The position numbers and the translations under genes were made by a program. The notes beneath the pieces were generated by a model that saw nothing but the letters and a program-made list of their open reading frames with translations, was not told the origin of the DNA and ran no database searches. From positions 1,696,001 to 1,760,000 of the forward strand of contig OY970303.1 in the NCBI GenBank assembly GCA_963716255.1: a DNA stretch of 64,000 bases, given 5' to 3'. Positions within the stretch are counted from its first letter, which is position 1, and every line of letters begins with the position of its first letter. Source of the stretch: an uncultured Gemmatimonadales bacterium (GTDB taxonomy: Bacteria; Gemmatimonadota; Gemmatimonadetes; Longimicrobiales; Longimicrobiaceae). Below, one piece after another: positions 10,924-21,195 of this stretch.

Positions 10924-12309
10924 CAGGTCGCTGAAAAACGGCAGCCTGGAGTGTGACGTGGAAAACTTCCACTCCAGAATCAGCGAAACGGGGCTTTTCC
11001 GGCGTATGGGGTGCCCGGTTTCCCGCCCGTGCAGCCATTTTCGGCGTGCACGGACGCACTGTGCCTCAGGCGAGGGCCTGCAAACCCGGCGCGAGGCGTG
11101 CCAGGCGCAGGAGGTTGTACGCGGCGCCCACGATCAGCGCCTTCTGCGTCAGCTTCCAGCGATCCACGTGGCGGCTCCGACGCATCCCGCCGATCTCCTT
11201 TGCCCAGCCGAAGATCTCCTCGATCCGCTTACGCTTGCGTTGCGAGAGGGCGTACTCCGGCGTACCCATCCGCTCTCGGGCTCGGCTGCGCGCTTCGGCT
11301 CCCTTGGCGTCCGGGTCGATCGGCCCCTCCGGGATCGGCACGTGCGCGCTCACACCGTCCTGATAGGCTGCCTGGAGGAACGGGCCACTGGGATAGCCCC
11401 CATCCAGCCCCACCGTGCGCTCCACCGGCAAGTCGTGCCGAATCCGGCTGCGCTCCAGCAGCAGGAGTGCCTGGTCGCGCTCGCCCGTCCCGTCGGCCTC
11501 CACCACGCTGACGTCGATGAGCAGCCCGTGCCGGTTCTCCATCAGCGCGTTCAGCAGATGGCACAGCCGCGCCGGCACTCCCTTGCTCTTGGTCGCCAGG
11601 CGCGCCTCGGGGTCCGTGAGCGAGCGGTGCGTCGCGTTGGTCCGCTTCTCTTTGCGGAAGTTCACCGAGGGATTGCTCGTGTCGCCGTCCTTCGAGCCGT
11701 CGCTGACCTTCTCGTCCGGGCTGCCGATCTTGCGCAGGCTCTTCATCGAGGCATAGCTCTCGATCAGGCTGCCATCGATCGAGAAGTGCTCCTGGCTCGC
11801 CAGTTCCTCCAGGTACGCCCCCTCGATGATCCGCTCGAAGAAGGTGCGCACCAGCCCGTGCTTCTCGAACCGATCCCGGTTCTGCGTGAACGTGGTCGCA
11901 TCCCACACCCCCGCATGCGGCTCCAGGTCCAGGAACCACCGGTAAGCCAAGTTCACTCCGATCTGCTCCACCAGCATCCGCTCCGAACGGATCGAGTGCA
12001 GCGCCTGAAGCAGCAGCGCCTTCAGCAGCATCTCCGGCGGGATACTCGCCCGTCCCAGAGCCGCGTAGGCGCGGTCGAACTCCGGACTCATCCCGGCCAG
12101 CACCGCATCGGCTCGCGCCTTGACCGCCCGCAGCGGATGCGTAGGCGAGAGCAGGCTCTCCGGATCGTAGAACATCCACATCGCGTGCTGCTGGCTGACT
12201 CGTCCGCGCATCGTGGCTGCTCCCCGAGAGTGTGAGGACAGGTTTTCCCCAATCTACGACGCCACACCCTCGCGCGCACGCGCGTGCGCACAAGCTTTTC
12301 AGCAACCTG
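10924..12309 (-). mobile_element. IS5-family insertion sequence
   Basis: Terminal IRs CAGGTCGCTGAAAAAC / CAGGTTGCTGAAAAGC (reverse complement). 4-bp target duplication CTAT at 10920-10923 and 12310-12313. Confidence 0.9.
11066..12211 (-). CDS. IS5-family DDE transposase
   Basis: GRASIPPEMLLKALLLQALHSIRSERML, FSIDGSLIES, TDPEARL and RKRIEEIFGWAK motifs. Confidence 0.9.
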   Translation of the reverse strand: MRGRVSQQHAMWMFYDPESLLSPTHPLRAVKARADAVLAGMSPEFDRAYAALGRASIPPEMLLKALLLQALHSIRSERMLVEQIGVNLAYRWFLDLEPHAGVWDATTFTQNRDRFEKHGLVRTFFERIIEGAYLEELASQEHFSIDGSLIESYASMKSLRKIGSPDEKVSDGSKDGDTSNPSVNFRKEKRTNATHRSLTDPEARLATKSKGVPARLCHLLNALMENRHGLLIDVSVVEADGTGERDQALLLLERSRIRHDLPVERTVGLDGGYPSGPFLQAAYQDGVSAHVPIPEGPIDPDAKGAEARSRARERMGTPEYALSQRKRKRIEEIFGWAKEIGGMRRSRHVDRWKLTQKALIVGAAYNLLRLARLAPGLQALA

Positions 12310-12466
12310 CTATATCCCCCAATTCTGGGGGAGGGCTTCCCGCACCTCTGCTCTGCCGTGCTCCCCTCCCCCTTGCGGGGAGGGGCCGGGGGAGGGGGGC
12401 GCCGTGGCGCTTCACGCTGCGCGTGAACCGAATGAAGCCGGCGGTCCCCTGTAACCTGCCGTTCCC

Positions 12467-13093
12467 CTACAGCCGCGCGAAGTTGCTCAGCAGCCGCAGC
12501 CCGTCCTCCTGGCTCTTTTCCGGGTGGAACTGGATCCCCCACACGTTGTCGCGCCCCACGATGGAGGCGAAGCGCACACCGTAGTCGCACCACCCCAGCA
12601 CGTCCGCCTCGTCCGGGGCCTGCACGGCGTACGAGTGCGCGTGGTAGAAGAAGCGCGGCAGCGGCCCGGCCACGCCCTCCAGCACCGGGTCGCCGGCGGC
12701 GCGCTCCGTGAACTCCACCGAGTTCCACCCCATGTGCGGCAGGTGCAGGTCCGTGCGCAGGCGGTCCACGCCGCCGCGCAGCAGACCCAGGCCGCGCACC
12801 CCCGGCGCCTCCTCGCTCGCCTCGAAGAGCAATTCCATCCCCACGCAGATCCCGAAGAACGCGCGCCCCGAGGCCACGTGCTCCCGCACCGCGTCCGCCA
12901 GGCCCCCGGCTTCCAGGCGGGTCATGCACTGACCGAAGTGGCCCTGCCCGGGGAGCACCAGCCTGTGCGCCCGCCGCGCCTCGGCAGGGTCCGAGGTGAG
13001 CCGCACCTCCGCGCCGCCGTGCTCGAACGCCTTCACCACCGAGCGCAGGTTCCCCGCCCCGTAGTCCAGCACCGTCACCCGGCCCGTGGTCAC
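12467..13093 (-). CDS. hisH: Imidazole glycerol phosphate synthase glutamine amidotransferase subunit
   Basis: [22 protein letters not shown] and QFHPEKS motifs. The GTG overlaps the hisB stop. Confidence 0.95.
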   Translation of the reverse strand: MTTGRVTVLDYGAGNLRSVVKAFEHGGAEVRLTSDPAEARRAHRLVLPGQGHFGQCMTRLEAGGLADAVREHVASGRAFFGICVGMELLFEASEEAPGVRGLGLLRGGVDRLRTDLHLPHMGWNSVEFTERAAGDPVLEGVAGPLPRFFYHAHSYAVQAPDEADVLGWCDYGVRFASIVGRDNVWGIQFHPEKSQEDGLRLLSNFARL

Positions 13094-13686
13094 AGCGCGC
13101 CCTTGGTGGAGGGGACCACGTCCGCGCGCCGCGCGTCGATGCGGGTGGCCGCGTCCAGGGCGCGCGCCGCCGCCTTGAAGGTGGCCTCCACCACGTGGTG
13201 CGCGTTGTCGCCGCGGATCCCGTCCAGGTGCAGCGTGATCCGCGCCTCCGTGGCGAAGGCCCGCCAGAACTCCGCCGAGAGCGCCGCGTCGAAGTCGCCG
13301 ATGCGCCCCTGGTCGGGCGGCAGCGGCACGTCGAAGTGCAGGAACGGACGGCCCGACACGTCCACCACGGCGCGCACCAGCGCCTCGTCCAGCGGCACCG
13401 TGGCGTCCGCGTAGCGCGCGATCCCCCGCTTGTCGCCCAGCGCGTCCAGGAACGCTCCGCCCAGCGCGATCCCCACGTCCTCCACCGTGTGGTGCCCGTC
13501 GACGTGCAGGTCGCCCTGGCAACTGACGCGCAGGTCGAACATCCCGTGACGCGCCAGCGCGTCCAGCATGTGGTCGAAGAAGCCGATCCCCGTGGCCGCC
13601 TCCGCCTCCCCCGTGCCGTCCAGCTCCACCCGCACCGAGATCTCCGTCTCGCGCGTCCTCCGCTCCCGCTCTCCCGTGCGTGGCAT
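13090..13686 (-). CDS. hisB: Imidazoleglycerol-phosphate dehydratase
   Basis: [20 protein letters not shown] and [12 protein letters not shown] motifs. Confidence 0.96.
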   Translation of the reverse strand: MPRTGERERRTRETEISVRVELDGTGEAEAATGIGFFDHMLDALARHGMFDLRVSCQGDLHVDGHHTVEDVGIALGGAFLDALGDKRGIARYADATVPLDEALVRAVVDVSGRPFLHFDVPLPPDQGRIGDFDAALSAEFWRAFATEARITLHLDGIRGDNAHHVVEATFKAAARALDAATRIDARRADVVPSTKGAL

Positions 13687-13691
13687 CCCTC

Positions 13692-14801
13692 TCACCCCTC
13701 CGTGACGATGGCGCGGACCGCATCCAGGAACTCCCCCGTCTCCTCCGGCGTCCCCGCGTTGACCCGCAGGCACCCCGCGAGCATGGGGTACCCGGACACG
13801 TCGCGCACCAGGATCCCGTGCTCGTCCAGCAGCCGCTCGAAGAGGCGCGTGTGCGTGAGCCCCGGCCTCTCCACCCGGAACAGGACGAAGTTGGCCGCGC
13901 TGGGGAACACGCGCAGCCCGGGGGTCGCGCGCAGCCCCTGGTACAGGCGGTCGCGCTCGGCGCGCATGGCCGCCACCAGCGGCGCCAGCAGGACGCGCCC
14001 GCGAAGCACCTCCGCCGCGGCCACCTCGGTGAAGAAGTTGATGTTGTAGGGGAGCTTCGCCTTGTGCACCTCCGCCGCCAGCGCGGGGTCGCCCAGCAGG
14101 TAGCCCGCGCGCAGCCCGGCCAGCGCCATCGCCTTGCTGAAGGTGCGCAGCACCACGGCGCGCGGGCGCCCCTCCAGGAAGGGAACGGCGTCGTAGCCGC
14201 CGAACTCCACGTACGCCTGGTCCAGCAGCACCAGCGCGTCCGTCTCGTCGTGGATGCGCGCGATCTCGTCCCGCGCGAGCGCCGTGCCGGTGGGGTTGTT
14301 GGGCGTGCACAGCACCACGACCGCCGCGTCCGAAGCCCGCGCCGCCCGCACGATCGCGTCCACGTCGAAGCGCAATTCCTCCGTCAGCGGCACCGACACG
14401 ACGGTGCCGCCGTTCACCTCCACCATCAGCCGGTAGAGCGTGAAGGTGGGCTCCGGGATCACCACCGCCTTCCCCGGCTCCACCGTCACCGCCAGGAACG
14501 CCTGGATCAGCTCGTTGGAGCCGTTGGCCACCAGGATTCCCTCCTCCGGCCACCCCGTCGCCTCCGCCACCGCGCCGATGAAGCTGCTGGCCACGAAGGG
14601 CGGGTAGCGGTTCCAGGGGCGGTCCGCCAGGCGCTCCGCGATGCGCGCCTTGAGCGGTTCCGGCACGTCGTAGGGGCTCTCGTTCTGGTTGAGCTTCACC
14701 CGCGGCTCGGAGGGGCGCAGCGTGTACGCCGCCATGGCCCGCACCTGCGGCTTCACGTGCCGCAGAGCTTTTTCGACCGACTCGTCGTTCTGCTTCCGCA
14801 T
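13692..14801 (-). CDS. hisC: Histidinol-phosphate aminotransferase
   Basis: [25 protein letters not shown] and [13 protein letters not shown] motifs. Confidence 0.93.
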   Translation of the reverse strand: MRKQNDESVEKALRHVKPQVRAMAAYTLRPSEPRVKLNQNESPYDVPEPLKARIAERLADRPWNRYPPFVASSFIGAVAEATGWPEEGILVANGSNELIQAFLAVTVEPGKAVVIPEPTFTLYRLMVEVNGGTVVSVPLTEELRFDVDAIVRAARASDAAVVVLCTPNNPTGTALARDEIARIHDETDALVLLDQAYVEFGGYDAVPFLEGRPRAVVLRTFSKAMALAGLRAGYLLGDPALAAEVHKAKLPYNINFFTEVAAAEVLRGRVLLAPLVAAMRAERDRLYQGLRATPGLRVFPSAANFVLFRVERPGLTHTRLFERLLDEHGILVRDVSGYPMLAGCLRVNAGTPEETGEFLDAVRAIVTEG

Positions 14802-14817
14802 CTGGATGGAACCGCTG

Positions 14818-15045
14818 GTTTGGGCGTGCCCCCGCTGGCGCGGGGTCGGGCTGCGGCTCCGCAGCACATGATACCACCATGTGCAACGGAGGCGAGCCCC
14901 CGCGGAAACAGCCCCGCGGGGTCTCGCCGCTTCGCGCTCGCATCCCTCACGCAGGCATCGCGCTGGCGTCCGCTGGAGCCCCCCTCTCCCAGGATTGGGA
15001 GAGGGTGGCGAGCCTCAAGCGAGCCGGGTGAGGGCCGTCGCCGTT
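14818..15045. repeat. Composite repeat: module A (forward, subtype 2) plus module B (reverse)
   Basis: Matches the other copies. Confidence 0.9.
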
Positions 15046-15046
15046 C

Positions 15047-16342
15047 TCAGTGCGAGTGCTCCACGTGGATGATCTGGTCGCGGCGCGTTCCCACCGACAC
15101 GTACCAGATGGGCACCTCCGTCAGCTCCTCCAGGCGCCGCAGGTACGCCCGCGCCGCCTCCGGCAGGTCCTCCCAGCGGCGCGCGTCCTGGGTGGAGGCC
15201 ATCCAGCCCGGGAGCGTCTCGTACACCGGCTCCGCCGCCTCCAGCAGCCCCAGGTCGCCGGGAAAGTCGTCCAGCTCCTGCCCCAGCGCGCGGTAGCCCA
15301 CGGCGATCTTCAGCTCCTCCAGCGTGTCCAGCACGTCCAGCTTGGTGACGGCCAGCCCCGTGAGGCCGTTGACCCGCGCCGCGTAGCGCACCACCACCGC
15401 GTCGAACCAGCCGCAGCGGCGCGGGCGCCCCGTGGTGGCGCCGTACTCCCCGCCCAGGTCGCGCACCCGCTCCTGCATGGGCGAGGGAAACTCCGTGGGG
15501 AGCGGGCCCGAGCCCACGCGCGTGGTGTACGCCTTCACCACCCCCACCACCGCGTCGATCGCCGTGGGGCCGATCCCCACCCCCAGCCCCGCCCCCCCCG
15601 CCGTGGTGTTGGACGACGTCACGTACGGGTAGGTGCCGTGGTCCACGTCCAGGAGCGCGCCCTGCGCGCCCTCCAGGAGCACGTGCTTCCCCGCGCGGAG
15701 CGCGTCGTGGATCACGCGCCCCGTCTCCACGGACAGCTTCATCAGCCGCTCGCGGATCCCCGACACCTCCGCGATCACCTGCTCCGCGTCCGCGCGCTCC
15801 TCCACGCCCATGCACCCCAGGCGCTCGTTGGCGCGCGCCACCGCGCGGCGCAGCAGGTCCGCTGCGCGGGCCTCGTCGCGCAGGTCGGCCACGCGGATCC
15901 CCTGGCGCGCCACCTTGTCCTCGTACGCCGGCCCGATCCCGCGGCCCGTCGTGCCGATCTTCCCGGCGCCGCGCTGCGCCTCGGCCGCGCGGTCCAGCAG
16001 CTTGTGGTACGAGAGCAGGAGGTGGGCGCGCCCGCTCACGCCCACCCGGCGCTCCGCGTCGATCCCCCGCTCCGTGAGCGCGTCCAGCTCCTCGAAGAAC
16101 TGGAAGGGGTCGAAGACCACCCCGTTCCCCAGCAGGCAGGTCTGCTCGGGGTGCAGGATCCCCGAGGGGATCTGGTGGAGGATGAACTCCTCCTCGCCCA
16201 CGTGCACGGTGTGCCCGGCGTTGGCGCCGCCCTGGTACCGCGCGACGATGTCGACGTCCTCCGCGAGCACGTCGACGATCTTGCCCTTTCCCTCGTCTCC
16301 CCACTGGGAGCCGACGATCACTACGCAGCGATGCTCGTTCAT
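15047..16342 (-). CDS. purA: Adenylosuccinate synthetase
   Basis: QWGDEGKGK, GGANAGHT, EGAQG, GTYPYVTSS and TTGRPRRCGW motifs. Confidence 0.98.
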   Translation of the reverse strand: MNEHRCVVIVGSQWGDEGKGKIVDVLAEDVDIVARYQGGANAGHTVHVGEEEFILHQIPSGILHPEQTCLLGNGVVFDPFQFFEELDALTERGIDAERRVGVSGRAHLLLSYHKLLDRAAEAQRGAGKIGTTGRGIGPAYEDKVARQGIRVADLRDEARAADLLRRAVARANERLGCMGVEERADAEQVIAEVSGIRERLMKLSVETGRVIHDALRAGKHVLLEGAQGALLDVDHGTYPYVTSSNTTAGGAGLGVGIGPTAIDAVVGVVKAYTTRVGSGPLPTEFPSPMQERVRDLGGEYGATTGRPRRCGWFDAVVVRYAARVNGLTGLAVTKLDVLDTLEELKIAVGYRALGQELDDFPGDLGLLEAAEPVYETLPGWMASTQDARRWEDLPEAARAYLRRLEELTEVPIWYVSVGTRRDQIIHVEHSH

Positions 16343-16393
16343 CTGACCCGTCCCGTGTGCAGGCTCCGGCGTTTGGCCCGGCGCCCCACAAGC

Positions 16394-16426
16394 AAAAAGC
16401 GGCCCCGCTCGGATTGGCGGGACCGC
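16394..16426 (-). terminator. Intrinsic-terminator-like hairpin plus T5 in the purA leader
   Basis: Minus strand reads GCGGTCCCGC-CAATCCGA-GCGGGGCCGC-TTTTT. Confidence 0.55.
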
Positions 16427-16447
16427 GGCTCACGTATCCTTCGGGCG

Positions 16448-16477
16448 AATGTAGATCGTTTCGGGGGCGGCTGTCAA
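16448..16477 (-). promoter_or_regulatory. Candidate sigma70 promoter for purA
   Basis: TTGACA-18 nt-TACATT on the minus strand. Confidence 0.55.
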
Positions 16478-16503
16478 CGGCAACGGCCTTGAAGTGCGGG
16501 GGC

Positions 16504-16997
16504 GGGCGTGCCCCCGGCTGGCGCCGGGGTCGGGCTGCGGCTCCGTAGGGCTGCAAACAACGCAGCCCTACGGAGTCGAGCCCCGACGATACTGCTGTCG
16601 GGTCTCGCCCCTTCGGGCCGGAATCCCTCACGCAGGGCTCGCGCTGGCGTCCGAGGGAGCCCCCCACCCCGGCGCTGCGCGCCACCCCTCCCCCGCAAGC
16701 GGGGGAGGGGAAAACTGCACCAGCCCTGTCGTGCTCCCCTCCCCCTTGCGGGGAGGGGCCGGGGGAGGGGGTCGCCGTCGTCGTGCTCCCCCTTTCCCCC
16801 GCTTGCGGGGGAGAGGGGGCCGGGGGGTGAGGGGGCCCACCCTCGCGGACGACAGCGCGGTGCCCGCGTGAGGGATGCGAGCGCGAAGCGGCGAGACCCG
16901 GGGGCAGTTTCCCGGGGCTCGCCTCCGTTGCAGACGGTTGTTTCATCTGCTACGGAGCCGCAGCCCGACCCCGCGTCAGCGGGGGCACGCCCGAACC
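16504..16997. repeat. Composite repeat with two inverted module A copies (16504-16633, 16866-16997) enclosing E-type hairpins
   Basis: Direct comparison with the other copies. Confidence 0.9.
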
Positions 16998-17021
16998 ACC
17001 CGTACCAAGCCGTCTCAGAGA

Positions 17022-17522
17022 TTACGTGTCCGCCGTGGGACCGTAGATCGACGGCAGCGGCACGTCGTTGAGGCGCAGGTACACGCTGAGCTGGCCGCGG
17101 TGGTGGATCATGTGGTTCATCAGCATGGTGCGCAGCACCGCCGCGCGCGGCATGGAGAAGATGGTGCTGCCGCCGTTCCTGAGCGTCCACGTCTCCATCA
17201 GCGCCTCGTCCGAGGCGCCGGCGATGGCCTCGCGCGCCTTCGCCACGTTGGCGTCGAAGGTTTCCAGCAGGGCGGCCGTGGTGCTGAACTGCGGCGGCGT
17301 GAAGCCGGGGCCGCCCGGCGGGTTCATGTCGATCTCCGTGAGCGCCACGATCCTGGCCCCCAGGCTCGCCAGGTTGGCGATGTGGGTCGCCAGCGCGCCC
17401 AGCGCGGTGGACCTGGCGTGCGGCTTGAAGCCGCCCCGGTCCTCGGGGACGCGCTCCAGCAGCGAGCGCGTGGTGGCCATCTCGTGGTCGAACTCGGGGA
17501 GGAGCGCCTTTGCGATGGGCAT
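17022..17522 (-). CDS. DinB/YfiT family protein
   Basis: EFDHEMATTRSLLERVP, FKPH, LATHIA and NHMIHHRGQLSVYLR motifs. Confidence 0.85.
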   Translation of the reverse strand: MPIAKALLPEFDHEMATTRSLLERVPEDRGGFKPHARSTALGALATHIANLASLGARIVALTEIDMNPPGGPGFTPPQFSTTAALLETFDANVAKAREAIAGASDEALMETWTLRNGGSTIFSMPRAAVLRTMLMNHMIHHRGQLSVYLRLNDVPLPSIYGPTADT

Positions 17523-17629
17523 GGTCGGCAGCGTCCGGTCGTCTGGGTTGTCGCCCGCGCGGACGGTCCGGCGGGCATGCGGAGCAAGGTAATGCGTGCG
17601 GGGGCGCGCGGACACCGCCGCGCCGGCGG

Positions 17630-19744
17630 TCACTCGCCGTCCGCCGGTCCCCCGTCCACCACCTTCACCTCGCGGCTGCGCAGCGGCAGGCGGACGGTGA
17701 ACACCGAGCCCTCCCCCAGCTCCGACTCCACCCGCACCGACCCGCCCAGCAGGTCCAGCAGCTTGCGGGTGATGGAGAGCCCCAGGCCCGTGCCGCCGTA
17801 CTCGCGCGTGGACGACTGGTCCACCTGGCGGAAGTCCTCCCAGATGTTTTCCAGGCTTTCCGGGTCGATCCCGATCCCCGTGTCGCCCACCTCCACCTCC
17901 GCCCCGCCGCCGCCGGGAGCCAGCCGCGCGGTCACCCGGATCTCCCCCTCGTGCGTGAACTTGACCGCGTTGGAAAGCAGGTTCAGGAGGATCTGCTTGA
18001 CCCTGGTGCGGTCCGTCTCCAGCACGGGGAGGTCCGGCGCCAGCTCCACCCGGTACTCCAGCCGCTTCTGGCGCACCATGGGCTCCACCGTGGCGGAAAG
18101 CTCCTGGATCAGCGCCACCACGTCCACCTGCTCCAGGTGCACCGGCATCTTCCCGGCCTCGATCTTGGCCAGGTCCAGCACGTCGTTCACCAGCTCCAGC
18201 AGGTGCTGGCTCGCCGCGAACATCCGGTCCAGCGCCTCCCCCTGCCGCTTGCTGATGTCGCCGTAGATGCGGTCGCGCATCAGCGAGGTGTAGCCCAGCA
18301 GCGCGTTGATGGGGGTGCGCAGCTCGTGGCTCATGCTGGCCAGGAACTCCGACTTCAGCCGGTACGCCCGCTCCAGCTCGCGGCTCTGCCACTCCAGCTG
18401 CCGGTTGCGCTCCTCCAGCTCGCCGGTGGCCGAGGCCACCCGGTCCTCCAGCCCCTCGTTGAGCGCGGTCAGCTCCAGCGCCAGCCGCTCGTTCTCCACC
18501 GCCTTGGTCAGGTCGTGGACGATGGAGACGATGGCCGTCATCTCCCCGCGCTCGTTGAGGATCTTCCCCGACACCACCTCCACCGGGATCTCGCGGTGCG
18601 TATCCGGGTCCACCAGCATCAGCGGCTCCACCCGCGAAGCGTCGGGGCTGAGCGCGAAGTCCGAGATGAACGAGGAGAAGCGGGTGTCGTTGGTGCGCAC
18701 CTCCTGCTCGCCGGGCGAGTCCGCCGACGCCTCGAAGAGCCGCTCCGCCTGGTGGTTGGTGAGGATGATGTTGGAATCCTCGTCCGTCACCAGGATGGGG
18801 TCGCCCACGTTCTCCAGGATCAGGTTGAGGCGGTCGCGCTCGCGGCGCGACTTGACCTCCGCCTGGCGCATGCGCTTGAACTGCTGCTCCAGCTCCGTGG
18901 CCGCGCGCTTCAGGTCGGTCACGTCCCGCAGCACCGAGACGGTCGCCCCCTCCCCCACCAGCGCCTCCGGGAAGGGCGTGGCGAGCACCTCGAAGAGCAG
19001 GTCCCCGCCCTCGGAGGGGTCCACCAGGTTCAGCTCGCGCGCCCCGGTGGCGGGCTCCCCCGCGCGGGTCAGGAAGGAGGAGAGCAGCAGGTTGTTGATC
19101 TCCACCGCGCGCCGCCGTCCCTCGCTGTCCCCCTCGCCGCTGGTGAGCAGCGCCTTGGCGCGCGCGTTCTCCAGCAGGATGTGGTTGCCGGCGTCGGTGA
19201 CCAGGACCGGGTCGGGGAGCGCGTTGACGATGGCGGTGAGCAGCTGCCGCTGGCGCTCCATCGCCCCGGACGAGCGGCGCAGCTCGTCCAGCTCGCCCAG
19301 GCGCTCCAGCGCGGGCCCCACCAGCCGCAGCGTCCCGGCCAGCGCGGCGAAGTCGTCCAGCTTCCGCCCCCCCGGGTCCACCACCAGCACCACGGCCACC
19401 TCCTCCCGTCCGGGCACCGGGAGCGCCACCCCGCGGCTCAGCCCCGGGAGCACCTCCTCGCCGCGCCACTCCGCCGGCGCCCCGCCGAGCGCCGCGCGCA
19501 CCGCCGGGTGGAAGCCCGCCGAAAGGGGGACGACGAAGCCGCGCACGGTCTCCTCGTCCCACCCCGTCCCCGCCACCCCGCGCACCGCGCCGCGTCGCAC
19601 CTCCGCGGCGAGCGTGCGCGCCACGCCCAGCGGGGCGAGCCCGCCCTCCAGCAGCAGGGCGAGCGCCTGCGCGAGCGTGCCGGCCCGCTGGACGCGGTCC
19701 AGCAGGGCCAGGAGCTCGGCGGTGTCGGGGGGGAGGGAGCCCAC
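17630..19744 (-). CDS. PAS-domain sensor histidine kinase
   Basis: Two PAS-like segments (IVNALPDPVLVTD; ILENVGDPILVTD), H-box SMSHELRTP, N-box NLLSNAVKFT, DTGIGI and GGTGLGL. Confidence 0.92.
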   Translation of the reverse strand: MGSLPPDTAELLALLDRVQRAGTLAQALALLLEGGLAPLGVARTLAAEVRRGAVRGVAGTGWDEETVRGFVVPLSAGFHPAVRAALGGAPAEWRGEEVLPGLSRGVALPVPGREEVAVVLVVDPGGRKLDDFAALAGTLRLVGPALERLGELDELRRSSGAMERQRQLLTAIVNALPDPVLVTDAGNHILLENARAKALLTSGEGDSEGRRRAVEINNLLLSSFLTRAGEPATGARELNLVDPSEGGDLLFEVLATPFPEALVGEGATVSVLRDVTDLKRAATELEQQFKRMRQAEVKSRRERDRLNLILENVGDPILVTDEDSNIILTNHQAERLFEASADSPGEQEVRTNDTRFSSFISDFALSPDASRVEPLMLVDPDTHREIPVEVVSGKILNERGEMTAIVSIVHDLTKAVENERLALELTALNEGLEDRVASATGELEERNRQLEWQSRELERAYRLKSEFLASMSHELRTPINALLGYTSLMRDRIYGDISKRQGEALDRMFAASQHLLELVNDVLDLAKIEAGKMPVHLEQVDVVALIQELSATVEPMVRQKRLEYRVELAPDLPVLETDRTRVKQILLNLLSNAVKFTHEGEIRVTARLAPGGGGAEVEVGDTGIGIDPESLENIWEDFRQVDQSSTREYGGTGLGLSITRKLLDLLGGSVRVESELGEGSVFTVRLPLRSREVKVVDGGPADGE

Positions 19745-19748
19745 GGGT

Positions 19749-20051
19749 TCAGCTCAGCGCGTCGAGCCTTCGCCTCAGCTCGGCGTTCTCGGCGATGAGG
19801 CGGTCCATCTCGGCCGCGGAGGAGGAGGGAGCCACGATCTCCCGGGGGCGCGAGGGACCGGTGATGCCCACCGCCTCGGAGTACTTCAGGTAGGTGTCGA
19901 TGGACGCCACCACGATGCGGGCCTCGACGGTCACCAGGTCGATCCCCACCAGGGACACGCGCACGTACGCGTCGATGACGATCCCCTTGTCGAGGACCCG
20001 GTCCAGGACGTCGATCAGGCTGGTCCCGCCCGGCGCTCGTTCTACGGCCAT
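19749..20051 (-). CDS. gvpA: Gas vesicle structural protein GvpA family
   Basis: [50 protein letters not shown] is a near-canonical GvpA core. Confidence 0.9.
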   Translation of the reverse strand: MAVERAPGGTSLIDVLDRVLDKGIVIDAYVRVSLVGIDLVTVEARIVVASIDTYLKYSEAVGITGPSRPREIVAPSSSAAEMDRLIAENAELRRRLDALS

Positions 20052-20130
20052 CGAATGCTTCTCCGAATCAGAAGGATGGGGAGGCCCGCCCGGTCGTCCG
20101 CCCCCACTCCGCCCTCGCCCGCACCCGCGC

Positions 20131-20454
20131 TCACCCCTCTCCGGCGTCCCCCGCCGACAGCCGCTCCAGCCGCTCCTCCAGCAGGCGCACCCGCTCGCGG
20201 AGCTCCCGGTTCTCCACCTCCACCCGCGCCGCGCCCCCGCTGAGCGCCGGGTCGAAGCGCCACCAGTCCAGCCCGATCTGCTCCGCCTTGTCGATGGAGC
20301 AGACGAGGAGCCGGACCTGCACGGTGAGCAGCTCGACGTTGGCGAGGTTGATCTTGATGTCGCCGGCGATCACCAGCCCCTTGTCGAGGATCCGGTCGAG
20401 GATGTCGACCAGCCCCTGGGGGCGCGTGGGGGCGAGGGGAGCGAGATCGGGCAA
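20131..20454 (-). CDS. gvpJ: Gas vesicle protein GvpJ-like (GvpA superfamily)
   Basis: [29 protein letters not shown]...[13 protein letters not shown] start. Confidence 0.82.
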   Translation of the reverse strand: MPDLAPLAPTRPQGLVDILDRILDKGLVIAGDIKINLANVELLTVQVRLLVCSIDKAEQIGLDWWRFDPALSGGAARVEVENRELRERVRLLEERLERLSAGDAGEG

Positions 20455-20481
20455 TGCGCCTTGTCGTGTGCGGGTCTCGAT

Positions 20482-20829
20482 TTACAGGAGCTTCCCCAGC
20501 GGACCAAGATCGACGTTGAGGTCCTCGCCCGCAAGCCCGAAGACCCCTTTGATCTCCTGCATTTTCTCCTCCAGCAGCAGGAGCGCCGTCCCCATGCGCT
20601 CCACCTGCTCCTCGCTCAGGTCGGGGTCCTCCATCCGCCGCACGGCCTGGTGCTCCACCACCTGCCGCAGGAGCTCCACCAGGGTAAGCACGAGACGGGC
20701 CAGGTCCTTTTGTACCGTGTCCGGGTCGACGTCTATTTTTTTCGGGAGGGCGTTGGCCAGGGCGGCGATCTCCGCCATCGGCAGGTCGACTTCTGTGGCG
20801 CGTTTGTTCGGCGCGTGGGGCGTGGTCAT
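20482..20829 (-). CDS. gvpK: Gas vesicle protein GvpK
   Basis: DLARLVLTLVELLRQVVEHQAVRRME...EDLNVDLGPLGKL. Confidence 0.9.
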   Translation of the reverse strand: MTTPHAPNKRATEVDLPMAEIAALANALPKKIDVDPDTVQKDLARLVLTLVELLRQVVEHQAVRRMEDPDLSEEQVERMGTALLLLEEKMQEIKGVFGLAGEDLNVDLGPLGKLL

Positions 20830-20847
20830 GGACGGTTTCTCACTGCG

Positions 20848-21192
20848 GGTTCGGGCATGCCCCCCGCGGGGCGCGGGGGTCGGGCTTCGGCTCCGTAGGG
20901 CTGCAAACAACGCAGCCCAACGGAGTCGAGCCCCCGCAAACTGCGCGGGGTCTCGCCCCTTCGGGCCGAAATCCCTCATGCGGCATCGCGCTGGCGTCCG
21001 CAAGCGGGGAAAGGGGAGCACGACACGACGAGCCCGAGGGTCAGGAAGCCCTCCCCCAGAATTGGGGGAGGGTGGCGGCTCTCAGGCTGCCGGGTGGGGG
21101 CCCGCGGGCGCCAGCTCCGCGCCTGCGCATGGCACCGCTGTGCTCCCCTCCCCCTTGCGGGGAGGGGCCGGGGGAGGGGGTCGCCGTCGTCG
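20848..21192. repeat. Composite repeat (A forward, D reverse, E) inside the gvp operon
   Basis: Matches the other copies. Confidence 0.88.
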
Positions 21193-21195
21193 TTC

